Shown in pieces: positions 26,880 to 44,099 of a stretch of 64,000 nt of DNA. Location of the stretch: the NCBI GenBank assembly GCA_964016885.1, contig OZ024742.1, positions 273,296,001 through 273,360,000 of the forward strand, in the 5' to 3' direction. Below the pieces are notes generated by a model. The model was not told the origin of the DNA. It made no database searches and saw only the letters and a program-made list of their open reading frames with translations. This DNA is from Eledone cirrhosa. Lineage: Eukaryota. The position numbers were made by a program, and so were the translations under genes. Within the stretch, counting starts at the first letter, position 1; every line of letters begins with the position of its first letter.

Positions 26880-29800
26880 GTGCTAGAGAACGGATCGCAG
26901 GTGGTAGATAGCGATACGGCCAACAGATAGATTGATTAGTTGCTATATAATCGCGCAGCTGCAGGACGTATAAGCAGCCCCAGACCAACAGATGTAACTT
27001 ACTATGTAAATTACTAGGAGCAATGGGTGACACCTGTTGCTCCTCCAAAATCTCTCATCACTCAGTGATGTAAATAAGATGTAGACTAAAATCAACTTTT
27101 AATAAGCATAAACTTTCGCGGGTTTGAGAAAGTAGCAGATTGGAGGTTGGCGCGAATACGACCATTAAAACTGCAATATGGTGAGAAATTCGGAAAAGAA
27201 CCATACCGCATAATCTGTCGCACTGGATAAGAAGGGGTGTGTTCATGCTTTACTCCTTTTTAAAAAATATATTGCATCCTAAATTTCATGACACAGAAAC
27301 TGGCAATGGACCTGCGACCTCTCCTGGGAGGCGTGCGAAGGATGCACATATATTGCGTATCTCGAGAACCTAATGTAGAATGGAAGGGAGCAAACATTGA
27401 TAGTTGGAACCTTACAGGTAAGGAACAGGAACTACTGGAGGAAGCTAGATGGTACCGGCAATATATATTCGGGGTTTCCTCAACAAAATTCCGTGTCTCA
27501 GGTACTGTAGATTTGGATGGAGGACGGAAACGCCACTATTAAGGAGTGGCACCAGAAAAAAACTGCACATGTGGGTTTTGGGATACACACAGTCCTCCGG
27601 CTTTCAGAATGTGTTATGGACTGGATCCCATTAGGAGTGATGATTTGCCTCTTGGAGCTTAGGCCAATATATAGGTATCTGTGGGTGGTGAAAATGTATG
27701 CACTAAACACGGAATCCGAATACTGATCCTTCTTTGATGAAGACACTAGAGCGTTAGATGTAGTTAAGTCTGGGACACAATACGGAAGGGAGACTTCAAT
27801 GTAGAAGTTTGTACTGAGCACCTGATATGCAGGAACGTAATTGGAATGAACGATGACCCAGCTAAAATTACGACTGGAGAAGTCTTTGTAGACTTAATTT
27901 CTAGCAATAGATTCTCTATTACGAACATCTTTTTCCAACACAGACATACACAAATATACATGGTATAAAGTGAATCTGTGACAGAGATCAACATTTTATT
28001 TTGTTTTTGTCTCATGTATCGTCGATGCTGTACTTGATGTTCGTCTTCAGGGCGGGGCTGAGCTATCAAGTTATCACCATCAAATTTTCTGCAACTTGAG
28101 ACTTTAAAGCCAAAAAGCAAACAAACTGGCAGGACCCTTGCGAACTACAGGATAACGTAGGGAGCGTTGGAGGATAAAATTATCAGTACTATGTGTGCAG
28201 ATACACTTTCATTCAAATTCAGAGAACACACTGATAAAACTGAAGACGTTGAGACAGAGTCGAGATTGTTCTGCCTAGCTGTTTCTACTTCAGCCCCTAA
28301 ACGCTGCGGGCAAAGAAGGCTCGGTGTGGCGCCGGATATCAGGAGGACACCTTGGTTTAATCAAGAGATAAAATATGCCAACTGAGCAAAGAAGGAGGCC
28401 TACAAAGATTGACTTGGAAATAAGTCCTCCGCTTTGCACGACGAAACGTGACACAGACAGTAAATGCGGCAGAGAGAGTAATTCATAAGAGAGTTTTGAG
28501 GTTAAACTGGAATCAGACATCAGATCAGCAAATAAAGTGTTCTGGCAGACGATCGGCTAACTTGGTATTTATATATTCTCCTCTAAAGCTGCTATCAAGA
28601 ACGCGTCCTCTCTTCAGTGAGGTGCATCCTCGCAAGGTGATGAGAATGCTTTGCTGATCTAAACCCGACCACAACAGTATCATCTGGTCATGTATACGAG
28701 GTTCATGTTTGGGCGATGACTAATCTCTCGGATGCAGAGGTCTCAAATGCATTTAAAGAGCTCAAATGTTGCAAGGAGCGCTGGTGAGAATGAAATCCGG
28801 CCCATTATTTTAGAAGCATAAATTAGAGAAGGTATTCTCTGACTCGTTCGTGTTTGACATGTATTCTGGGTATCTTGAAGGCTCCTAATCAATGGCACCG
28901 GGGAGTGATAATCACAAAGTTTAAAAGGGGAAACAAGAGACATTGTTCCAATTGCAGAGGGGGCTTATTGTTAAGCCTCCACTGTAAAGTCTATGGTAAT
29001 TGTCTGGCAAAGAAATGTAGAGAGTTTATCGAGTACAAGCTAGCTAATGCAAAGTGTGGTTTTCGACGCAGAAGCAGCAGAGCTGACCAAATATTCACAC
29101 TGCAGCAGGTCTTCGAGATATCATGGGAGTATTGCCAAGAATTATATTTCTGTTTTCTACACCTCGAGAAGATATATAGCTGTGTTCCACAGGACCTGCT
29201 TTGTAAGATTCTGCAGAAGTATGGAGCGATGGTCAACATTGTATGGCCTAATGTCACTATACGAATGCCTGATTATTTGTGTTCGGATAAACGTTGCTGA
29301 ATCAAAACCATTCAATGAGGTAATAGGACTCCGCCAAATGTGGTCATTATCCTCGGGAATAAGATTGACATGCGTAGCTGAGTTGGAACTGGTATCACGA
29401 ATGACAGATGTAACATAAGTCGGTTAAAACTTTCAGACATGATTTTAATTTATTCGACAGAAGGTAATCTCCGATTTGCACCTGATAAGTTTGATGCTGG
29501 GTGCTGCATGGCTGAAATGAAAATAAATGGTGTGAAACTTGAGACAATCGTCCACTCAGGTAAACCTGCGCAGTGCACTCTACATCTGAATGGATGTTCA
29601 CTGAAGCAGGTAGAACAGTTCAAATATCTCACTGTTCACGAGTGATCGAGTGTAGAAGGCTGAATTAAGTGCGAGAATTGCAGGAGCTGATGCACTAATG
29701 TGACAGCGTTCACATTCAGTCATCAGTAGAATGGAAATAAGTATAACAGCCAAACTCGCTATCTTCAGTTCGGTATTCGAGCAAACCAGTACCTATTGTC

Positions 29801-30148
29801 ATGAATTTTGCGAAAGGCCTGGAAAAATAAGATCGTGCATACAAGCGGCCGAAAAGAAACTCCTCCGAAACATTACTCGATAGAGTCCGCAGCTCGGAGA
29901 TCAGTGAATGATTCCGTTGGAGCTGCTAATTCTCTTAATTGAGAGATCACAGTTCCGATACTATCGGGATGGGGTTAGACTGTCCCAGCAATGAATGCTG
30001 GACAGATCTTACGGGCAAAACCACCCTGCAAGAGATTCAGCCGGATCAGTTGGGCACGGTTGCTGCTGACAGGACTCTCTAGAGAGAGTGTTTTAGCACA
30101 CTACCCCAACGCCCCTCTCAGATATATGTGGGCGAAGAAGAAGAAGAA
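26880..30148 (+). mobile_element. Decayed near-full-length RTE-clade LINE (Expander/Rex3-like)
   Basis: APE start SWNLTGKEQELLEE..FGVSST..SGT. RT patches FKRGNKRHCSNCRG..LLS, CGFRRR..DQIFTLQQ and LKQVEQFKYL. (GAA)n tail at 30133-30148. Many stops. Confidence 0.9.
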
Positions 30149-31189
30149 TAGTATTTACTATATAATGTATCCCGGAAACTTCTACTTTATAATAGGCCCC
30201 TACGTCCACACCCAATTCATTTCGGGCTTAAAAATTGAATGAATATTCATTCCGAAGCTTAGTTCGACAATCAAGTACACTTACCCGATCATATGAGCTG
30301 CATAGCGCACAGTAATGTAAACCAATAACTGAAGGATATGCAACGTTTTCGAGTGATATCTTATCGATAATTTTCATCAGCATCATAAAGACGTATTTAT
30401 AATGCATAGCTTCTCATTGTATTTCAGTGGAAAACTTAGTTTTTACGAACACAGATATTCCACAAGTGGTATGACAGATAAAAGCTATATTCGGTGTTTT
30501 AAATTTACCGTAATTACAATAAATTGTCGATACTAATTATTAAATCCTTTATATCTTTTACAACACTCTAATTACCACATATAATTTTATTACCTTATAT
30601 GCATATTCCTATACGGTTGCTTGTTAAATATCTTAAACTTACTTTTTTATAATTAAAGTAGCATTAACAACATTTCTAGTAAATGAGATATACTGTATAT
30701 GCTGTAACCTATATAGTCTACCCAAAGGCAACAACAGTTTAAGTAAAGTGCAATTGTTCGTTGAGATTGCAGTCAATAAATCTTATATAATCTAGATTTA
30801 AAGAAAGAGATATCTCATTAATTCTGTATGAAATGAAATTCTTAACATATCATGTCAAAATCGAAGACGCTAATGCATAGAGATTCAGAGAGCAACGGTA
30901 CAAAATATACAATGTCAAGTGTCATGTTTATTATAAATATCTTAAGGCTGTTGATTTCTAAGTAGGAGATAAGTTGCTCTATTTGGTTGCTCTTTACTAC
31001 TACCACTGATTTGGCGCGATTAGTTGACATACTATTTACATTTTAGACAAAATAGATTTAAGTGTTACAAACGCCTCAAAATAGATTTAAGTGTTACGAA
31101 CGCCTCATACTCAGGTATACATCCTAAACTTAATTGATTACGATTTCATGTTTTTTATGTGTATGTGTGTACATGTGTGAGGTCCGAAC

Positions 31190-32290
31190 CATTATCCTCC
31201 ACTTCCAACTAACTTCCCCTTCACCTTTGCGTTCCGGCTGACAGATGGAGCATATATAGCCCCAGAGACCAGCGAGAGATGTGCGTTGGAACAGCCATTC
31301 TACATTGCGGGGCTCGCACCTGTGAACAGCCAGCTCCGCTCCGATAACTGTGAGCAGGAATGTGGTCCAGTGACCAAGAACGCAGGAAGTGTCCACTGTT
31401 ACTGGCTCTAACACAAACCTATCACAGAGCGGTCGATACTTGAGTAGTTTGCCCTTTTCGGCCTGGTGGGCTGCAGAACCTTGGATGATAGCTGAACGCA
31501 CCAGCTTGCCACCAGGAAAGGTGACACAGAATGTAGCATCGCAGAGGAAAACCTTACATTCGTGGAACAGGAACATGGTCAGGCCGTCTGGCATTTTGCC
31601 TTTCTCACGTTCCCCGCAGTCCATACCATGCTTTCTAATCTGGTTGAGATCAGCATGGTATGAAAGGCGGCCAGCATTATAACGACCTGACAGTGGGTGG
31701 AGACCGAAATCATACTCAGTGGTACCGCAGTGTAATTGGCGAAGCTCACGGAGACGGAGGCTCAGCCTCAAAGAAACCGCGATGCGCAAGCAGACGCTGT
31801 CCAGCTGAGTGCTAATCGCAGATGATGGAACTGCGTTGAACAAGGCATTTATGTGAGGTAGGAGGGCCGAGGGGAATCTGCCACATGGTGCAAGTCGAGC
31901 CGGTGCACATGAGGGTCTTAAATCATTTTGCAAAGGATAGAATCCCATTTGTTTTGGGGTGACTGAATGTTTACGGAGAGGAGAGGTGGATAGACGTTCA
32001 CATGGCTGAGCTGGTTCCGTGTCGCGTAGGGTGCATTGAGTTCCCCGATAACTGTAGGTTCTGTGGAGATTATTGTTGATCAAGACATGGCAGGAGATCA
32101 CATCCGAAAGGAAAGCTGACAGGGAATCTGAGACAAGAGGCAGCAGACTATGGATGCAATATCTGGTGGGTAAGGTGGCATGTTGCTATCTTGTGTCGTC
32201 AAATCGGAAATTGCATATCTCCTCAGCAGGCCGTCCGATGCAGATGTTGAGATCTGTGAACAGAGACGCTTGGCTGTAGCTGGGATACAA
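31190..32290 (-). mobile_element. Second CRE-like RLE 3' fragment
   Basis: ORF 31130-32101 has STQLD..LRIAVSLRL, FGLHPLS, MPDGLT..CDAT and PVTVDTSCVLG. Paralogous to 19515-20680. Confidence 0.85.
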
Positions 32291-32786
32291 TTTACTCGCT
32301 AATGTTATACACAGGAAAATGATATCAATATCTAATTAAATTGCACGATAGTATTTACTAAAATGGTTAACTGATTTTACACGAAATATTATATATATGA
32401 AGATTCATGTTGCAACTAGCAACATCAGTCCTTTACAGAACGTATTGTTTCATTTACCCCTTTTTCATTATATTTCAATTTCAATATAGCCTCTTCAGTT
32501 GATCGTATTTTATACCACTACGTGTGTGTATGTATGAATAACAACGCAAGAGTCAATGCAGACTTTCATATAATAAATAAATTATTTTTTCTCAAATTAA
32601 ATCTACTTATGTGAAACCGGTTATATCCTATATTAACGTGGTCTCCGATGATAGTTGGTTGAATGCATAAATATTTGTTGACATTCTGAGTAACGGTGTT
32701 TTTACTAAAACGATATCGAAACATATTTTACATCTGAAGAGAATCCTCTTTTTCTGGTGTATATAACTGAAAACATAACGTATATA

Positions 32787-32867
<81 letters not shown>

Positions 32868-32904
32868 GAAGGAGAGAGGAGGCTGTGTAGTTGCTGGATA
32901 AGTT

Positions 32905-33365
32905 ATACTTAAAAATAAGAAGATAGCATGAACGGGAGAAAGTTTTCCTTCATCAGTTGTCTGCTGGGGCTCTTGGATATTTCTACGCATTAAAGACAAG
33001 AGATATCGCCCCAGTACGTTCAATAACTAACGTCAGTTGTTTGGAAAAAAGGTAGGGAGAGAAAGAAAATATAAGATGACAGAAGGGAAAAGGAAGAACA
33101 GAGAAAAGAGAAAAACATCGAAAAAAAATGGGAAACAACAAAACGAAAAGTGTGTGAGCAACTCCTTTCTCTTTTCTCAACTTTTCCCTTCTGTTATCCT
33201 ATATTTTCTTTCTCTCCTTCCCAATTTTTCCCAATAACTTACCTTAGTTATTGAACGAACTGGGGCGAGATATATTGTCTTTAATACGTAGAAATATCCA
33301 AGACTCCCAGCACACAACTGATGAAGGAAAACTTTCTCCCGTTCATGCTTTCTACTTATTTTTAA

Positions 33366-33368
<3 letters not shown>
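32905..33368. repeat. About 460-bp imperfect palindrome, probably inverted PLE pseudo-LTRs
   Basis: 32905-33030 is the reverse complement of 33244-33368. The inner purine-rich and pyrimidine-rich halves also pair. Each arm has CTGATGA pointing outward. Confidence 0.85.
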
Positions 33369-33399
<31 letters not shown>

Positions 33400-33767
33400 T
33401 GAGGTGTGACACACGAGTTGTGATATATTAGTAAAAAGGAAAAGAAAAAAATGCTGATACATTTTTCCCAGTGAAAAGTACTTTAATTAGGAATAAGTAT
33501 AAATTAGTAATACGTATTAGTTAGTATTCAGTTTTATATACATAGATTTAAAAATAAGTAGAAAGCATGAACGGGAGAACGTAGCGGCTCGCATTTCGGT
33601 CGCTGTCTTCAAGTTACATGGATGTCTAAACGTAATGTTATAACTCTAAGGTAAAATTCCTTATTGAGTGCATTTGGCTGCACTTCCCGACTGCATTCGT
33701 TAGATTGCCCGCAACCAGAGCTTCGATTATGCTGTACTACCTTCTTGTATTATTATCTCCTAGGAGG

Positions 33768-33952
33768 GCAGTAGATTGGCAGTATCAGTAGAGGGTCGAA
33801 CGCCATGCTTTGACGCATAGAGTTTCGTCCTTGCCATTCTAAGTTCCCGCCGAGGTTAACTTTGCCTTTCATCCTTACTGGATCGATAAAATAAAGTACC
33901 AGTAATGCACTGGGTAATTGCTGGCATTGTGCCAAAAGTAGAAACAATTATT
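33768..33952 (+). mobile_element. tRNA-derived SINE (family S1)
   Basis: Matches the other S1 copies. Confidence 0.9.
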
Positions 33953-34248
33953 ATCTCCTAGACTTAATGATTAATTGATTAATTTAATTAGACAATTATA
34001 TCGATTGGTTAATTGTTTATGTTTGTTTAATAACATCTACTTGAGAGATTTCATTCGGTTTGTGTAAAGGATATAAATCATTTGTTCAAATTCTGAATTT
34101 GACCGCCAGAACCAGGGGTTACATCCCTTCGGATAATCCACGTGACTACTGGCAGTGTTTACTACTAGTCCTTGCAACCGGCGGCGGCAGAACGAAAACT
34201 TGTTGACGAAGTAAATTCCACTGTTCTATCTTCTAAAGACCAATTAAC

Positions 34249-36009
34249 TTGCAAGCCCCTGCAATTGGATTTTGTGACAGCACGGAGGACCTCCTCAGCA
34301 GAATCGGCGTGAGTAACCGATCTGGGGACGTAACAAACTGCATAACAGGCAGTATGGATGTTGTGTCCCTGTATCCATCTATTGACGTGGATTTTGCTGT
34401 GGAGAAATGCGTAGAAATGATCAGTGAGAGCAAGGTTGAGTTCCGTGGGATTGATGCCAGTGAGCTCGGACACCTACTTAAGCTTACGTATAGTAATAGT
34501 TACCTAGACACTTATGACCTTAGCAACCTGTGCCCTACAAGACCAGCAAGAGGCAGACCACCTATCATTACCTCAATGGCCAAGAAAACCCACACAGATA
34601 GATGGAACGGGTAGACCAGAGCCATACGGACACCCGAAAACCACGATGAACTGAAGAAAATGATTGCACATGCGGTAGGGGCCAGCATAAAACTAACCCT
34701 TAAGGAACATATGTTCAAATTTAATGGAAAAACATATGCCCAAGAGGAAGGAGCAGCCATTTGTGTTAGCATTGCAGGCGACATAGCTAACTTATTCATG
34801 GTATGGTGGGACAGTAGACTTAAACTTAAACTTAAAGAACAATTAGAAGACCCCTTAACCCTGATAATGTACTCCCGCTATGTAGATGATATAAACATCG
34901 TAGTTAAGACACCCCCACTAGAGAACAGTCAGGAACTAGAGAAAAACACAATGGAAAGCATCCAGCAAATAGCAAACTCCATCCACCAGAGCATTAGAGT
35001 TACTATAGACTACCCAAGTAAACACGCCAACCATCGATTACCTGTACTAGACACAGAGCTCTGGTTAGATACCATTAACAACAAAAAACAAATCCTCCAT
35101 TCCCATTGTGCCAAACCCATGACTTCCAAACATCTGATCCACCGAAACTCGGCCATTTCGGACCATTACAAAATCAACATACTGATTGCGGATTTGGTAC
35201 GGGTGATGAGAAATGTGTCCCGCATGTGCAACCCCGAAGAACTAGAGAGACACATACAACACTTCATCCACCGTATGCAGTTCTCTGGCTACAATCAGAG
35301 AGATAGAATCAGAGTGTATAGAGGAGCCAGAACCAAATGGGAAAAAATAGTAAATAATGACATAAATGGGACCTGCCCCTTGTATAGGAGCAAATTTTGG
35401 AATAGAATAGAAAGAACTAGGAAAAAGGCTAATAGAATAAACTCATGGTATGATAGCAATAAATACCAGAGTGTAATGTTCATCGATACAACCCCTAGAG
35501 GTGAACTAGCTTACACATTTAGAAGGGCCCTAAATAAACATAAACTCAATATTAAGATAGTAGAAAGACCAGGTACCTCCGTAAAAACACTTATTAGCAA
35601 GACATACCCTTTTCAAATACCCTCATGTATAGATAAGAAATGTGTAACCTGTAAAATAAGCCCCCATATTAACTGTAAAACTAGAAATGTAGTGTATAGC
35701 ATAAGATGTCCTGAAGGACAATGTAGAGACAAAAATATAGTGTACATAGGTGAGACAGCTCGTAGTGTAGGGGAACGGCTAAATGAACACTGGCGAGACC
35801 TTCAAGATAATATAGAATCATCTGTACTCTACCAACATGCTAAGATAGAACACAAGGGTAAATTAGAGAACATAGAAATAAAAATAGAATCTACACACAG
35901 AAAAGACGCAATGTTCAGACAAATTACAGAGGCAATAAACATAAAAGAATTACAACCAAAATTAAATAGAAAATATGAGTGGAACAGCAACATCACAACT
36001 TACAATTAA
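34249..36009 (+). pseudogene. PLE RT-GIY-YIG ORF with a single in-frame stop at 34612-34614
   Basis: Continuous reading frame except for the TAG (possibly TGG>TAG). N-terminus missing. Confidence 0.9.
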
Positions 36010-36209
36010 GGACAAAATGAAAACACACACACACATAGAACAAACAACCAACCAGTAACATGTAATTAAACAAATAGATAAATGAACATAAACACACACA
36101 GACACCCGGATGTGGCGCATGCGCAGACTGAGCACACAAAACACACACAGAAACAAAATGGCGTAGGACAGAACAAAGGAGAGGCACAGAAACAAAGAAA
36201 GGAATCCCC

Positions 36210-36254
36210 AGTCACTGAAGAGGTCACAGAGTGTGTGACGAAAGAACTATGACT
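36210..36254 (+). ncRNA. Minimal type-I hammerhead ribozyme (family A)
   Basis: Stem I agtca/tgact, CUGAAGA at 36215-36221, stem II gtcaca/tgtgac, GAAA, 2-bp stem III with AA loop, CUA triplet. Confidence 0.8.
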
Positions 36255-36458
36255 ATATATAAACAACTATCTGGTTGTGGAACCAACCAACCAACCAGAA
36301 ATTTATAAATTTGTAAATTTATAAATATATAATAAATTGAAGTGAAAGCAACTGGTGCGTGTGTTTCTTATTAGCAACATGACCCTCCCAAAAAATAACA
36401 ATATCGGTTTCAACACACGATTTCAGATAAAGAATCTTGCTAAACAAATTCAGAAACG

Positions 36459-36499
<41 letters not shown>

Positions 36500-36500
<1 letters not shown>

Positions 36501-36684
36501 CCAGCACTCACTGTAAATGAGGTTGGTGTTAGGAAGGGCATCCAGCTGTAGAAATCAAGCCAGATCAGTTCCTGTATGAGCAAGGCATGGTCAGCCGACC
36601 AGACACTGCCCACAACAGGACAACCCGTCTAACCCATGCTAGCGTGGAAGAACGGACGTAAAACGGTGATGATGATGATGATGA

Positions 36685-36687
<3 letters not shown>
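36500..36687 (+). mobile_element. SINE fragment (family S2) with (GAT)n tail
   Basis: ggttggtgttaggaagggcatccagctgtagaaa core, recalled as a widespread mollusc SINE domain, and ..ggacgtaaaacg(gat)n end. Confidence 0.65.
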
Positions 36688-36738
<51 letters not shown>

Positions 36739-36941
36739 ATGTATGTATATTTAAGTATATATGTATATATATGTGCGTGTGTGTGTATGTATATTTATGT
36801 ATATATGTATATATATATGTGTGTGTATGTGTGTATATTTATGTATATATATGTGTGTGTGTGTATGTATGTATATTTATGTATATATATATATATGTGT
36901 GTATATATGTATATATATATATGTATATATATGTATATTTG

Positions 36942-37070
36942 AAGGCGTGTGGCTGATTGGTTAGAGAATTGGATTCGCAATCGTAAGGTTGTGAGTTCGA
37001 ATCCTAGACCAGGCTATGCGTTCTGTCTTTGAGGAAGACACATTATTTCACGTTGCTTCTTCTACCCGGA
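36942..37070 (+). mobile_element. tRNA-derived SINE head (family S3)
   Basis: A-box tggctgattgg and B-box gagttcgaatcct, followed by a non-tRNA core. No paired acceptor stem. Confidence 0.75.
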
Positions 37071-37174
37071 GTTGCGACCGATATATAGTATTAGCAAATG
37101 GAAAGAACAACGGAAACATGGTTTCCGCGGTCCGATTTGACGAAAGTCGATCGTTAAATAAAAAATATATATAT

Positions 37175-37393
37175 GTATTTTAACAAAAGAAATTAAAGAA
37201 ATTATTTAGCCTGATAGTGGGGTTAAGAACCCTCGGAGAAATGGAAAAAGATGCGTATTGACGTACTCGGAGAAATGGAAAAAGATGAGTATTGACGTAC
37301 ATGTACGTCAATACTCATCTTTTTCCATTTCTCCGAGGGTTCTTAACCCCACTATCAGGCTAAATAATTTCTTTAATTTCTTTAGTCAAAATA
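37175..37393. repeat. Spacer-less palindrome with a 34-bp tandem duplication in the left arm
   Basis: Centre acgtaca|tgtacgt at 37301/37302. Arms complementary out to aaagaaattaaag / ctttaatttcttt. Confidence 0.95.
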
Positions 37394-37449
37394 CGGCGAT
37401 AACTTGCATTTCTAATAATTTCAATCCCACTCGCTGTTTCGAAAATATT

Positions 37450-41557
<4,108 letters not shown>

Positions 41558-41559
41558 CT

Positions 41560-41830
41560 TGTAAATAACATTATTTGTTCTTCCACATTGACTTTTTACG
41601 TTCCTCATTATGCACGTTTTCTTTTCCTTTTTCTTTTTTTTCACTTCTTAAACCTTTTTTGTATATAACATTATTCTTTCTGCACCATCTGTTTAACTTG
41701 TGCGACACCACACTAATACATTTCACTATCATTTGATAATGCATATAAATGCTGAAACCGGTAATTGACAATAATTAAATATATAAATAGATAAATACAT
41801 GCCATTTTAAATAATAAATAAATCAACTAA
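41560..41830 (+). mobile_element. Decayed PLE pseudo-LTR with mutated HHR
   Basis: TTGATAA-t-gcat/atgc-t-GAAAC-cg-GTA at about 41733-41763, with palindromic ACCGGT as stem III. Confidence 0.55.
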
Positions 41831-42009
41831 TACCTTAACCCTTCACACAAAGTAAAATATTTCGTTTTAATCATTTTCTAACCCAGAAAAAGAGAGAGAG
41901 AGAAACAAAAAAAGGGAAAACAAATATTTTTCTTCCACATAATCGTCTCTTTCTCCCTGTTTTCTTATATATATATATGTGTGTGTGTGTATATATATAT
42001 GCATATAAA

Positions 42010-42081
<72 letters not shown>

Positions 42082-42212
42082 GATAAATCTACCAAGAGTT
42101 TACGGTAGTGTCCAATCCGTATGAAGAACTCAATGTATTCCGGATATCATGGAAAGAAGAGATGTAATGAAAAACCACTTTCGGTGAAAGATAAACGGTA
42201 TACAGAGTCAAG

Positions 42213-43081
42213 ATAAAATATTAAACAAATAATGAATAAACAATTTCTTATATTAAACAAAAAAGGTTCATTATTTAACGATCGTTTCTAGGATATATAT
42301 GTGTTAGAATTGGTATGCATATTCAACAGATCTATGTACAAAATTATACAAAATTATACAAATTATCAAGATTAAATATACATACCAAACACATATATAC
42401 GCCGTCTTCAGAAATAATGAAGTATATTTATTGATAATAACAACAATTCAAAATTTCAGGTCCGTTTGGGAACAAAAATTGACCAATGAAAACACAAAGG
42501 GTTAAATGCAGTTCGGTGTGTGTATATACATGTAAAACCCTTACACATATTTTACAAAAATGTATGTATAAATTGTATACGCATACTAAAAGGATGGATG
42601 CAAATACAAAATTTCAAGGTTAATGTCTCTGTGAGTTATTGACACTTATGAAGTTAAGTATATAAATATATTTTTTCATACTCACATATATCCGTACAAT
42701 CACACATACACGCGCGTATATGCATAAATATACACATAACCACGAACATACAAACACACACACACCCCCACTCACATTTATATATGTGGATATAAAATCA
42801 TAAGCACATGGATATTAATTCACTCACATAAAACACTGGCATACACATTTTCAGATCAAGATACAGAAATTAGGTGGGAGGGGGGGGGGGGGTCAGTATT
42901 CAACGGTCTGAACAGACTGCCTAATATAAATGTATCTATAAACTAAGAAAAATAAAACAAATAAAACATAATAAATAAAACATTAAGGAGGAAAGAATAG
43001 AAAGAAGAACAGAAAAAAGAAAAAAGAAAAAAGAAAAAAGAAATATATCAAGAAAATAAATATACACATATACACATACAT

Positions 43082-43128
<47 letters not shown>

Positions 43129-43692
43129 TATATATATATATAAAAAAACATACATATATATACACACATAGACACTTACACATCCATACATAAATATACA
43201 CACATATATAAATACATACATACATATACACACATCCACACTAAGAACATACATACACACACATATATAAACATATACATATACACACATACATACATAT
43301 ACACATATACATACAAATACACATACATATATATATACACACATATATATATATATATATATACACATATATATACATACATATGCATATACACGTACAT
43401 ATACACACACATATACATATAATCACACATACTATACAGACACAGATATATATAACCACACACATACATGCAAATATACAACACTTACATACTAATATAC
43501 ATACAGATATACACATACATAGCTATATATACACACAAATATATACAGATTTACATATATACATACAGACAAATACTTACGCATCTATATATCGGTATAT
43601 CCATACTAACACCAACTACACTATCACACAACATAGAAATACAAAGAGAAAGGTATATACCTATACACACATACATATACAAATAGAAAAAC

Positions 43693-43735
<43 letters not shown>

Positions 43736-43762
43736 TACATATACATATATATATATATATAT

Positions 43763-43806
<44 letters not shown>

Positions 43807-44056
43807 TACACATACAAATACACATACATAAACATACAGATATATACACATACATACATGTACACACACACAGAAATATATACGCATACATACATACACA
43901 CATACATATAAAGTCATACACACATATACATCTACACGAACATACACATACACATATATAAAGATATATATACACACACACACACACACGCAACACATAC
44001 ACACATACACATATATATAAAAAATAAATAATAAAGATATATACATATATATATAT

Positions 44057-44099
<43 letters not shown>

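Larger units (their letters stand above)
34237..36460 (+). mobile_element. Penelope-like element family A, 5'-truncated: RT, C-terminal GIY-YIG endonuclease and pseudo-LTR
   Basis: ORFs 34249-34614 and 34660-36009 are in the same frame, separated by one TAG. Motifs SMDVVSLYPSI, QEEG, RYVDD, NVVYSIRC..YIGETARSVGERLNEH and EAINI..PKLN. pLTR with HHR, ending in (TA)n. Confidence 0.97.

Noticed and set aside
31048-31108. 30-bp tandem duplication (similar ones near 7930 and 15670)
   Set aside because: Ordinary local slippage duplications with no sign of function.
34612-34614. Programmed readthrough or selenocysteine in the PLE ORF
   Set aside because: The codon is TAG, not TGA, and occurs once; a nonsense mutation is simpler.
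36942-37015. Possible tRNA gene
   Set aside because: The acceptor stem does not pair and the sequence continues into a SINE body.
41835-42505. piggyBac-like element bounded by TTAACCC..GGGTTAA
   Set aside because: Only CCCTT matches between the ends, and the right end lies inside the inverted-repeat arm.
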